Source of the DNA: Limisphaerales bacterium | Lineage (GTDB): Bacteria > Verrucomicrobiota > Verrucomicrobiia > Limisphaerales > JAJOIW01 | Length of the DNA: 64,000 nucleotides | Direction: 5' to 3' | Assembly (NCBI GenBank): GCA_965657355.1 | Contig: CBFHOE010000010.1 | Coordinates: forward strand, 22,326-86,325 | In this document: positions 1-8,825 of the stretch, in pieces | How the letters are laid out: every line of letters starts with the position of its first letter | Numbering within the stretch: position 1 is the first letter of the stretch | The notes under the pieces: model-generated | What the model saw: the letters and a program-made list of their open reading frames with translations, nothing else | Told to the model about the DNA's origin: nothing | Database searches by the model: none | Position numbers and translations under genes: made by a program

Positions 1-2529
1 CCTCTGGAAAAACTATTCGGTGATTATTCGGGTGGATTAAGAGATAACGGCGAATTGCTCATTTTGCAGGATGAAAATGATATCGTCGTAGACCTGGTAA
101 GATTTGACAACAAATCACCATGGCCATGGACACCAAATGGACTCGGGGCTTCACTCGAAAGGACGTGTATTAAAGAAGGTGAATCAGATTATAGTCATTG
201 GTCCGGATCTCCCATAAATAGTCCATCTCCTGGCAAGGAAAACCAAATCGTTGGTTGCGTTCCTGCGATTCGACCGAAAATACAAATTACTGAGATTCAC
301 TATCATTCCTCTATTCAGAGAGAAGACGATCGGAATCTGGAGTTTTTGGAGCTCTGGAATTTCAGTTCTGAGCCGATAGACCTGGCCAACTGGATACTGG
401 CCGGTGATATCCACTATACGTTTCCAAACCAAGCTATTATCGAACCTGAACAAAAAAAACTAGTAGCATTTAATCCAGACAGATTAATTGAGGAATTCGA
501 CTTGGAACCAAAGTTAGTTTTTGGTCCGTTCTCTGGTGGTTTACCAAACGGAGGTGGGAGTCTTGCGCTCATTGCGACCGATGGACAAATCGTGGACCAG
601 GTAAATTACAATGATGATTTCCCCTGGCCATCACTCGCTGATGGAATTGGATCCGTCAGAGGCCCAGGGCATTCACTTCAAAGAGTTAATGATCGCTCAG
701 AAAAAAACACAGCCGATTTCTGGTATACAGAGAGACCTTCTCCTGGAGAAAAAAATATGATACCTGGCCAGGAATGGCTCAACCCAATTATGAGTCTGAA
801 TTTATCACCGGAGACTGTGACCAGTTCGTCAGAACCCATTTTAGCAATATCATTATCAGAATCCTATAACGTCATATCAGTGGAAGTAGAATATTTTATA
901 GAGGACTTCTTAAACAATAAAGAAACAAAATCACGCTCTACGGCTACAAAATTAGAATCTGGTGACTGGCAATTTCAATTTCCACAATACCCTCCGAATT
1001 CAGTTGTGAGATACGTCATTTATTCCCAACTCGACGACGGGTCAACCATTACCACTCCAAATTCCAATAGGGATCAATTTAAATGGCATTCTTATTTCGT
1101 CGATCCAGAAATCACGACAAGCCAACCCAATCTTTACCACTTATTTATTTCTCCTTTGAACTGGAGAAAACTTCATTCATGGACAGATGCGGGTCGAGTC
1201 TCGGGCGGAAAGCCAAATCCAACCTGGAATAATGAGGTCCCTGCAATCTTTGTAGGAGGTGGAGAGGTATTCGATGTCAGCGTTCGACATCAAGGAAGCA
1301 GATGGAATCGTCGAAATGGTTCTCTCATTTCATTTGAATGTGGGTCTCACAGGACCGATGGCAGGGCACAAGTGAGATCCTGGAGAATACAATTTCCGAA
1401 TCACCGACGTTTCAGAGGAATGGATGTGATGCTCCTGCAAAAACAAAGTGGATGGCCTCAAAGAATATCATTTGCAATGTTTGAAATGGCGGGAGTCCCG
1501 GCACCAAAGACCAGTTGGGCCAATCTGAGAATCAATGGATGCGAATATAACCCCGATGCATTTCAAATTGAGAGACCCGGCAATGACCTTGTAAAACGAT
1601 GGTTCGGACAGGTTGGTGACTTATTTAAATCTCAGGGCTATACTGGGAACGAAGGACCGTGGAGCTGGGGAGACGCACGCCTGATTCGCGGATCCATGAA
1701 TGGATTTTCAGAGACTCAAAGGTATAAGTTTACTTACAATAGGAAGACTCTTAATTATAAATCAAATGAGCTAGACAACGCTCCCGATCTTCCAGAGGCG
1801 CTCATAGAAGGGCTCCATCGTGCTCGCTCCAAAGGCCGAAACGCTCTCCGTGAATTCCTGGCATCAAACTTTGATGTCAATCTAACCCTCAGATATATGT
1901 GCACCATCAATTACGTCGGCACTTTTGATGACATGTTTCAGAACCACTATATCTACAGACGAGCAGATAATGGGCTATGGTGTATGTTTCCGTGGGATAT
2001 GGACAACACTTTAGGTGGTGCTTTTGGGCAATCGAGTGCGCATCCATTCCGTGGCGTAGATGAATCACGATATGGAAATGTAGGCAATAGACAAGGTTGG
2101 TGGAATAGAATAAAAGACTCGTTCTTCATAGCTTACCCAGAAGAATTCCTTAGAATGTTTTATTACCTAAATAACAATGTTTATAACCCTGAGTCGTTGG
2201 ATGTTGTCATTGATCAAATTGCTGAAGAGGGTAATCAGACAGGCAGAGCGTTATCACTAAAAAGCCATATAAGAGCAAGACACAACTATCTCAATAATTT
2301 TATTGAGAACCAATTAAGTCGTATGACCCCCGATTTAACCATAGAAAATTTGGGGACTCGATTAAAAATTCAGTGGCCCGGAAGTGGTTTATTCTCAAAT
2401 ATATCGGGTTCAAAATCAATAAATGGACCATGGCGACCTATCACTGAAAATGTCACCTTTGATGGAGAACATTTCAAAATCTTATTACGTCCAAACGAAC
2501 AATCAGGTTTTTTTAAACTTTCGGAGTGA
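1..2529 (+). CDS. Secreted CotH-family protein with lamin-tail (LTD) domains; 5' end lies outside the window
   Basis: Frame 1 is open from nt 1, and the track start at 55 is an internal TTG. LTD-like segments are present (ITEIHYHS...LEFLELWNFSSEPIDLANWIL). CotH core signature: NHYIYRRADNGLWCMFPWDMDNTLG. The last 65 aa form the WP...FFKL C-terminal module. Confidence 0.8.
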   Translation, partial: PLEKLFGDYSGGLRDNGELLILQDENDIVVDLVRFDNKSPWPWTPNGLGASLERTCIKEGESDYSHWSGSPINSPSPGKENQIVGCVPAIRPKIQITEIHYHSSIQREDDRNLEFLELWNFSSEPIDLANWILAGDIHYTFPNQAIIEPEQKKLVAFNPDRLIEEFDLEPKLVFGPFSGGLPNGGGSLALIATDGQIVDQVNYNDDFPWPSLADGIGSVRGPGHSLQRVNDRSEKNTADFWYTERPSPGEKNMIPGQEWLNPIMSLNLSPETVTSSSEPILAISLSESYNVISVEVEYFIEDFLNNKETKSRSTATKLESGDWQFQFPQYPPNSVVRYVIYSQLDDGSTITTPNSNRDQFKWHSYFVDPEITTSQPNLYHLFISPLNWRKLHSWTDAGRVSGGKPNPTWNNEVPAIFVGGGEVFDVSVRHQGSRWNRRNGSLISFECGSHRTDGRAQVRSWRIQFPNHRRFRGMDVMLLQKQSGWPQRISFAMFEMAGVPAPKTSWANLRINGCEYNPDAFQIERPGNDLVKRWFGQVGDLFKSQGYTGNEGPWSWGDARLIRGSMNGFSETQRYKFTYNRKTLNYKSNELDNAPDLPEALIEGLHRARSKGRNALREFLASNFDVNLTLRYMCTINYVGTFDDMFQNHYIYRRADNGLWCMFPWDMDNTLGGAFGQSSAHPFRGVDESRYGNVGNRQGWWNRIKDSFFIAYPEEFLRMFYYLNNNVYNPESLDVVIDQIAEEGNQTGRALSLKSHIRARHNYLNNFIENQLSRMTPDLTIENLGTRLKIQWPGSGLFSNISGSKSINGPWRPITENVTFDGEHFKILLRPNEQSGFFKLSE

Positions 2530-2585
2530 AAACCAAACCCCCATTTGTCATATAATTTCAGTGAAGCAACGTAGATATTGGTAAT

Positions 2586-3998
2586 TTACAAATCAGAATG
2601 TGCCTCTTTGATAATTTTTTTCATTTTATCGATTATATCTGGGTATAGTCGTGCGATGTTACTATTTTCTCTTACGTCGTTTCTAAGGTCATACAACTCA
2701 ATTGGAGCATCTGGATTTTTGAGCATGTTATACCGGACGCCTTTAAAGTGGTCGAGGATTACGGATTGACGCCCCCCTTTTTCATAAAATTCCCAATAGA
2801 GGTAGGGGTGTTTTTTCTGGTTCATTTGTTCCCCTAAAAGGGTTGGAAGAAAAGAGAGTCCATCGGTTTTTTTAACGGGGATGCCTATGAGTTCAGAAAT
2901 TGTTGGAAGGACATCTTGAAATGCGGATACGTGTTGAGTTACTGATCCGGACCTAATGGTTCCTGGCCAGCGTGCTATCATTGGGACTCGAATGCCGCCC
3001 TCGTATAAATCTCTCTTTAAGCCCTTTAATTGACCATTGGAATTAAAGAATTCCATCTTATGCCTTCCCTCTTGGTGTGGGCCATTATCACTGGAGAATA
3101 TGATGAGAGTTTTTTCGGTAAGCCCGTGAGTTTCCAATTTCTCGAGAATCTGGCCTACGTATCCGTCGATCAATTGAATCATTCTGGCAAACCCTTTTTC
3201 CTGGCGTGGCCAATCCCTTTCAGAAAAACTGCCGTGAACAGGGACTTCCATACCATCAAAATCAGCGAGGACTTCATTACCTGCCTCATTGTTTGCATGG
3301 GGCATATTTAGGGCAAAGAATAGAAAAAATGGAGCCTCTTTATTGGTGTCGATAAATGCGAGGGCTTTCTCAGCAATGAGATCTGGGGCATAGACATTTT
3401 TTTCGATGGCGACGCCTCGCCCCTCTTTATCTTTGGGGGATTTATACTTCTCTAGAACTTTGTTAGGAAGGTCAACTTTTTTGCCATTTTCGATAAGAAA
3501 TTCAGGCCAAAAGTTGTGTGCGTGCCACATGTTGATATATCCAAAAAAATGATCAAACCCCTTTTTCTGAGGATCATTATAGGGGGGAGGATGCCCGATT
3601 CCCCATTTTCCGAAACACCCTGTTGTGTACCCAGACTGTTTAAAAAGCTTAGCAACAGTAAGGTCGGTATCTTTCATTAAAACAGGGTTATTTCCTCTGA
3701 TTCGGGCATGCCCGGTATGTAACCCAGTCATCAGAACACATCTTGAAGGAGCGCAGACAGTGCTCCCAGCATAATGGTTCATAAATCGGATTCCCTCACG
3801 GGCTAACTGATCAATTTTTGGGGTCTCTATTTCCCTTTGGCCATAACAGGATATATCTCCGTATCCCAAATCATCCGCTAAAATGTATATGACGTTTGGC
3901 TTTTCTTGTGCAGAGTGGCAAATCTGAGATAGGCTGAGCATTATACTTGCACTCAAAATTTGAGTGCAGAAGTTTACCGACTTTATGGAGATGGACAT
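2586..3998 (-). CDS. Formylglycine-dependent arylsulfatase (S1 sulfatase family), secreted
   Basis: ATG start and N-terminal signal peptide. Sulfatase signature STVCAPSRCVLMTGLHTGH (C-x-P-S-R FGly site). DDLGYGD metal-binding motif near the N-terminus. Confidence 0.92.
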   Translation of the reverse strand: MSISIKSVNFCTQILSASIMLSLSQICHSAQEKPNVIYILADDLGYGDISCYGQREIETPKIDQLAREGIRFMNHYAGSTVCAPSRCVLMTGLHTGHARIRGNNPVLMKDTDLTVAKLFKQSGYTTGCFGKWGIGHPPPYNDPQKKGFDHFFGYINMWHAHNFWPEFLIENGKKVDLPNKVLEKYKSPKDKEGRGVAIEKNVYAPDLIAEKALAFIDTNKEAPFFLFFALNMPHANNEAGNEVLADFDGMEVPVHGSFSERDWPRQEKGFARMIQLIDGYVGQILEKLETHGLTEKTLIIFSSDNGPHQEGRHKMEFFNSNGQLKGLKRDLYEGGIRVPMIARWPGTIRSGSVTQHVSAFQDVLPTISELIGIPVKKTDGLSFLPTLLGEQMNQKKHPYLYWEFYEKGGRQSVILDHFKGVRYNMLKNPDAPIELYDLRNDVRENSNIARLYPDIIDKMKKIIKEAHSDL

Positions 3999-4168
3999 GA
4001 TGACAGAGGCTACTACGAGTTATAGCCAGCAGCAAGGTCTTGAAGAAATCAACAAAACTAGATCGATTTGTAAAGTGGGGTAAAATTGCTGGAATGCGCG
4101 TATGCCCGTTTGGATATATATTCGACAAACAAGTTTCTTGAAACATCAATTTAAGGCGATCAAATTTT

Positions 4169-6685
4169 ATGATATTTCGGAATTTAATTAACCTTTTCTT
4201 ATTTGGAATTTTATTACTTTGCAGTCCGTTTTCCACGAAGGCACAGGTCGAACAAAATAATATCCCTGAGGAGATAGAGATCCAACTTTTTCGAGGCCCA
4301 GGATCACTTGAATTTGAATCTGAGAATTCACAAAACCCTTTTGATGGCGCAGATGTCTTACTGACAGGAAGAAAGACTTATAAAGGTAAAGAATTGGAAG
4401 ATTTTAAAACGAAAACAAACGCAGAGGGCATAGCTAAGATTCCACTAAAATCAGATCAGGATCGGACCTTGTTCAATCTGACAATTATAAAAAAAGGCCT
4501 ATATATTCCAAAACTCAAAATGACAGGTAGGCCGAGTGGAGTATCAGTGAAAATTCCAGTATTCCCAACAGCTCGCATAAAAGGATCTCTTCGCATGGCA
4601 GATGAGACAAAAGAAATAAACTGGGAAAATGAAAAAATCGGGATTATGCCTCGAATCGTCTATGATTTTAGTCCATTTCAATCCGTCAGCCAGATAGAAA
4701 ATAAAAATATTAACAAAGATGGCTCCTGGGAAATCGGGATTCCTTTGGCCGCCGATGCCCCAACAAACCTCACTTTTGGGGGAAAGGAAATCGAAATGAG
4801 GTATTTTTTTCTGGGTTGGAATAACAATCACAAAAACCATATTCCCTTAAAAAATATCAAAAATTATGATTGGGATCTCGTTGTGAAAACCACGACTAAA
4901 GTATCCGGATTGGTGACAGACAGCAATGGTAGTCCGAGAGCCCGTGTTAAGCTGAAAGCCGAACCTGTCAACCGAGACATGTATACATTGTCTCAGAATA
5001 GCATACTGGCGGTGATAGAGACCGATGCAAATGGAAGGTATAATTTGTCATTCCCATTTCACAGTGGTTTTAAATTGGTTGCTCAAGATAAAGTGGCAAA
5101 CTTTGCCTCTAAATCATTTGAAAGCAACAATCAGGAAAATGAATGGAACGTGGAGTTCTCGAAGCCGAGATTTCTCGAACTGAAAGCTGAAATGGAAGGA
5201 GATAAGAAACCGGAAGATGTTAAGTTTTATATTTCCAGTATAAATGGTTCAGCGCCTCTTTTCAGAGATGCCATGTTAGCAAATCCACACGATGGAATCT
5301 ATGAGTGGACCCAAGCACCGCAAGGTGAAATAATTATTTCAGCATATGCAAAAGGGCAAGGAACCCCTTTGAAAAAGACGATCCCTGCAAACTTGGCTGA
5401 TGGATCCACAATTACATTCTTTTTTAGAAAGCCATTTAACATCAATATGGAAGTCCTAGATGCCATAAGCCTCCAGCCAGTGGCAGAACCCAAAATCCTC
5501 AAAGGCACTGCGTGGAACATCAATAACACTAGTGAGGTTAATCAATGGGCCCCATACACGAACGCCAAATTAGTCAATGGGAGACTAGTTTACAAATCGA
5601 ATCGACATTTACCAGAATCCCAGGGACACAGATTCATCATCCATGCCCCGGGTTATCTTCCCTACGACACAGGGATGGTTCCTGCCTATGGCACGTTGGA
5701 TCAAGAGGTAAAGCTCAAAAGAGGATTGGGCCCGCATGGGATTGTCGTCGACGCCAATGGACAGCCAGTCAAAAATTGTGAAGTTTTTTTAGAAGGAATG
5801 GGAACTCAATACATAGCTCCAGGACCAACGATCACGCATTCAAGAACAGAATTAACCTTAACATCTGACGATGGAAGCTTCCAACTCCCAGCAATTTTAC
5901 CGACATGCCATATTGTTGCAGTCTCGAAAAAAGGATTTACTCAAGTTCCTTGGGACACAAATTCAGACGAGTTAAAACTTATTCTTCGGCCGTTTCAAAC
6001 TATTAATGGTATTTTGATGAAAAGTAACGGAGATCCGTGGCCCAACCAAAATATCCGAGTGGATACTAATGCTGGCAACTCATTAAACAACTTAAGAACC
6101 CAGCATGATGCCTTCATCACATCAACTGATAAAAATGGAGCTTTCTCTATAGAGGATTTACCCCCTATTGAATTAATCGTCAGACATGTCAAAAGAATTG
6201 GACCAAAAGGTTTTGTTTCCGGTCAGTCAATGATCGTATCTGCGAATAGAGACGATGGCGATTTGGTCAAAATCGGTGGAAAGGATTGGCAAATTAAGGG
6301 AAGGATAGACTTATCCCGGGAAACTATTGAGCTGATAGACCATAGCATGTCCTATGCTATTTTATCCGAAGCAGCCCCCATGCCACCCAAAAGAATAAGA
6401 GACAACCCAAAACTCTATACCCTTTGGCGAAGAAGCAACAAATATAAAAAACTGATCGATAACCGGACAATCAGAGTCGGCCATATCAGAAAAGATGGAA
6501 ACCTCATTTTTGAAAATGTGCCTGAAGGTAATTACCTTTTAAATGTTAGGTTAATGAAAAATCGAGACTTTAATGGACGGACCAGCTCTCTTCGCACCAT
6601 TAGTAAGCCTGTTGAGATCAAAACTGGGATCATACAAACTCTAGTCGGTGACAAAAATCAAATTAACATCGGCAAAATAAAATGA
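4169..6685 (+). CDS. Secreted hypothetical protein with several carboxypeptidase-regulatory-like beta-sandwich repeats
   Basis: 838-aa ORF with ATG start and a signal peptide (..LLLCSPFSTKAQ). Recurring motif V-x-D-x-N-G-x-P ... TD-x-x-G-x-F, e.g. VSGLVTDSNGSPRARVKL..TDANGRYNLSF, GIVVDANGQPVKNCEV..SDDGSFQLP, INGILMKSNGDPW..TDKNGAFSIEDL. Confidence 0.7.
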   Translation: MIFRNLINLFLFGILLLCSPFSTKAQVEQNNIPEEIEIQLFRGPGSLEFESENSQNPFDGADVLLTGRKTYKGKELEDFKTKTNAEGIAKIPLKSDQDRTLFNLTIIKKGLYIPKLKMTGRPSGVSVKIPVFPTARIKGSLRMADETKEINWENEKIGIMPRIVYDFSPFQSVSQIENKNINKDGSWEIGIPLAADAPTNLTFGGKEIEMRYFFLGWNNNHKNHIPLKNIKNYDWDLVVKTTTKVSGLVTDSNGSPRARVKLKAEPVNRDMYTLSQNSILAVIETDANGRYNLSFPFHSGFKLVAQDKVANFASKSFESNNQENEWNVEFSKPRFLELKAEMEGDKKPEDVKFYISSINGSAPLFRDAMLANPHDGIYEWTQAPQGEIIISAYAKGQGTPLKKTIPANLADGSTITFFFRKPFNINMEVLDAISLQPVAEPKILKGTAWNINNTSEVNQWAPYTNAKLVNGRLVYKSNRHLPESQGHRFIIHAPGYLPYDTGMVPAYGTLDQEVKLKRGLGPHGIVVDANGQPVKNCEVFLEGMGTQYIAPGPTITHSRTELTLTSDDGSFQLPAILPTCHIVAVSKKGFTQVPWDTNSDELKLILRPFQTINGILMKSNGDPWPNQNIRVDTNAGNSLNNLRTQHDAFITSTDKNGAFSIEDLPPIELIVRHVKRIGPKGFVSGQSMIVSANRDDGDLVKIGGKDWQIKGRIDLSRETIELIDHSMSYAILSEAAPMPPKRIRDNPKLYTLWRRSNKYKKLIDNRTIRVGHIRKDGNLIFENVPEGNYLLNVRLMKNRDFNGRTSSLRTISKPVEIKTGIIQTLVGDKNQINIGKIK

Positions 6686-6774
6686 TATTAATTAGGCGCG
6701 AGGGAAAATTTCTTTCAACCGGTGAGTTTGTGTGAAAACAACTCTTTGTCAGTAATTTTTTAAAAAGCCACGTT

Positions 6775-7452
6775 TCATCGGATTGTAGCGAGCCAATAAG
6801 TGTCAATCGGACGCAAATCCTTACCTATAATTGGAAGTGAAGCTTCACCTAAAACAAGAAATGGCCTATTAAGATTTGAAAAAAATTGGGTGATCTCAGG
6901 AATTTTTTCTTTGGTGTGGATCTCGACTAGCCAATCATGCGCCGGGTCTTCGAGCAAGTTGCGACTGCCACGTAATACAGCATCTTCAGCCCCCTCAACG
7001 TCAATTTTAATCAGGCCGGCCTTGCCTCTGAGGTGGTCCAACCGGTCAAAGGTCGCGTCCAGCGTCACGGAATTCTCTGAATCTCTATCGCTGACAAATT
7101 TCGGGACAATTTCAATGGCACAGTTTGAATAACAAGGCCATTCCTGGGGGGTGGTCAGTTCAGAATAAAGATCTGCCTCAGGCTCAAAAGATATGATGTC
7201 GATCTTCTTTTTATTTCCTCCGGAAATAAGATGAGCTAACCCATATGTATCGTAACCGGCTTGTGCCCCGACATCGAAAGCAAAATCTTTTCCTGGAGCA
7301 TTTTTACTTAACCAACCGTTGAGCTGTCTCTCGTAGAGCCCAAAAAGCATTCTTTTCGAGTTTGCCGGATTGAGAAAAACTCTTGATCCTCGAAATGGCC
7401 CCCGCAGTATCGTAAATATCTCAGGTTTTTTTGAAAAAATTTTGTGTATCAT
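6775..7452 (-). CDS. FkbM-family SAM-dependent methyltransferase
   Basis: 225 aa with ATG start. FDVGAQAGYDTYGLA (SAM-binding G-rich loop) and IKIDVEGAEDAVLRGS are both typical of the FkbM methyltransferase domain. Confidence 0.75.
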   Translation of the reverse strand: MIHKIFSKKPEIFTILRGPFRGSRVFLNPANSKRMLFGLYERQLNGWLSKNAPGKDFAFDVGAQAGYDTYGLAHLISGGNKKKIDIISFEPEADLYSELTTPQEWPCYSNCAIEIVPKFVSDRDSENSVTLDATFDRLDHLRGKAGLIKIDVEGAEDAVLRGSRNLLEDPAHDWLVEIHTKEKIPEITQFFSNLNRPFLVLGEASLPIIGKDLRPIDTYWLATIR

Positions 7453-7577
7453 CGTGGGCAGTGTCTTCCCCGTTTACATTTCGCTATATGGCAATGAGAA
7501 AAAGAGCGACCTCTAGGCGCCGAAGAAAATATCAAATTTGTATTACAGCCTCTCATCGGTCATTTTGAGAACCCGGA

Positions 7578-8717
7578 TTACTTTATTTCTCGGGCTTTGA
7601 CATTTTTATACCAAACCATGGCTCCATGGTCTTGGAAACCTAGATATCCTTCCCAAGGCAAATCTTTTATGACCCCAAACTTGTGTTTGGTACCGTCCGG
7701 ACGCCTACCACGCTCAGAAAATTTATCGGTATCAATGGATGAAACTTTATTCCCATTGATATGGACTTCAATATTAGACCCAACAGCTCGGATGAGAACC
7801 CTATTCCAATCATCATATTTAAAATCACCCATGGATGTTTTGGAGAGATCATAAATTGCCCCGAAGTCGTGGTAACCATTTCCAGACCGACCCAAAATTT
7901 GCGCCTCAAAACCACTTTGAACTGGATTTGACAAGTCAGACACTCTGAAAAATATTCCCGAATTACACCTCTCTGCGCTCATCTTTACATCAGAAACAAA
8001 CTCAAAATTTTTAAATTTCTTTTCATGGACAATGACATAACCCCCAGATTTGAAAGGAACCAAGGAACCATCATCAATTTTAGTTTGGATTTTAGTTTTC
8101 TTGTTTGTCATCCAACCTGAGTCGTCTTTGCCATTGAATAATAATTCCCAACCTGCCGCCCTTTCCGCGGATGCAATAGAATTGTCCAAAGTCGAACGTT
8201 TTTTAATTCCGAGTTCTTCGAAAGTTTTTGCCACATCAGATCCAGCAGAAACGACTTTAATTTTTTTATCGACCTTTAAAATCTTGCCATCTTTACCGAC
8301 ATAAAAAGTCCATCGATAAGGCACCGACCTGAAATCAGTCACGACCCCGAAAGCTTCAGCAACTTTTTTACCGGGATCAGATAAGATGGGGTAATCAAGA
8401 TTTAATGATTGAGAGAAGCGCGTGTTATCTTCGACCGAATCAACGCTCGCAGTAAAATAGAGCGCATCGTATTCACGCATAGCTTCCCCATCTGACCGGA
8501 AGGATTTGCACTCGCGAGTGCAGCCCCCTGTAAAAGCTTTAGGATACCAAGCTATGACGAATGGAGCCTTACCTTTGATCTCAGATAAGGCATACGTATG
8601 GCCATCTGACCCTTTTAATGAAAAGTCAGGGCAGTCGTCACCCTTCTCAAGGCCTTTTACATTGCCAACTAGTAAAATTGAAGCCATGGCGACTATATAG
8701 CTAAGAGGAAATTTCAT
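7578..8717 (-). CDS. Secreted fusion protein: AhpC/TSA-type peroxiredoxin (BCP-like) + DUF1080 (3-keto-disaccharide hydrolase-like, ConA-fold) domain
   Basis: Signal peptide. Prx half carries WYPKAFTGGCTRECKSF (peroxidatic Cys context). C-terminal half carries GWELLFNGKDDSGW...GIFFRV...FEAQILG...YHDFGAIYD...WNRVLI...IEVHINGNKV...GYLGFQDHGAMVWYKNVKAREI, the DUF1080 pattern. Confidence 0.8.
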   Translation of the reverse strand: MKFPLSYIVAMASILLVGNVKGLEKGDDCPDFSLKGSDGHTYALSEIKGKAPFVIAWYPKAFTGGCTRECKSFRSDGEAMREYDALYFTASVDSVEDNTRFSQSLNLDYPILSDPGKKVAEAFGVVTDFRSVPYRWTFYVGKDGKILKVDKKIKVVSAGSDVAKTFEELGIKKRSTLDNSIASAERAAGWELLFNGKDDSGWMTNKKTKIQTKIDDGSLVPFKSGGYVIVHEKKFKNFEFVSDVKMSAERCNSGIFFRVSDLSNPVQSGFEAQILGRSGNGYHDFGAIYDLSKTSMGDFKYDDWNRVLIRAVGSNIEVHINGNKVSSIDTDKFSERGRRPDGTKHKFGVIKDLPWEGYLGFQDHGAMVWYKNVKAREIK

Positions 8718-8762
8718 GGAGACATCCTCTCAAATGTACAATAGATTAAAAGTATATTGTAG

Positions 8763-8799
8763 CTAGATGATATTATTTTCATCTAGTTTAGATGAAAAT
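8763..8799. promoter_or_regulatory. 11-bp perfect inverted repeat (ATTTTCATCTA-gtt-TAGATGAAAAT) plus an upstream third copy (CTAGATGA) in the divergent promoter region
   Basis: Read directly: arm B at 8775-8785, arm C at 8789-8799. Arm A (8763-8770) is complementary to 8779-8786, so A:B and B:C pairings are mutually exclusive. The element lies 27 nt upstream of the methyltransferase ATG. Confidence 0.45.
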
Positions 8800-8825
8800 C
8801 CACTTTCATTTCTGAAACGACTCAT

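Noticed and set aside
6724-6744. The hairpin GAGTT-(11 nt)-AACTC followed by T-rich sequence after the 838-aa gene could be a terminator.
   Set aside because: It has a 5-bp AT-rich stem, a long loop and an interrupted T-tract, which is too weak to call. The 5-bp GC-rich hairpin at 39167-39187 (interrupted 3-bp AT extension) between the convergent small ORF and DUF481 gene likewise lacks a U-tract.
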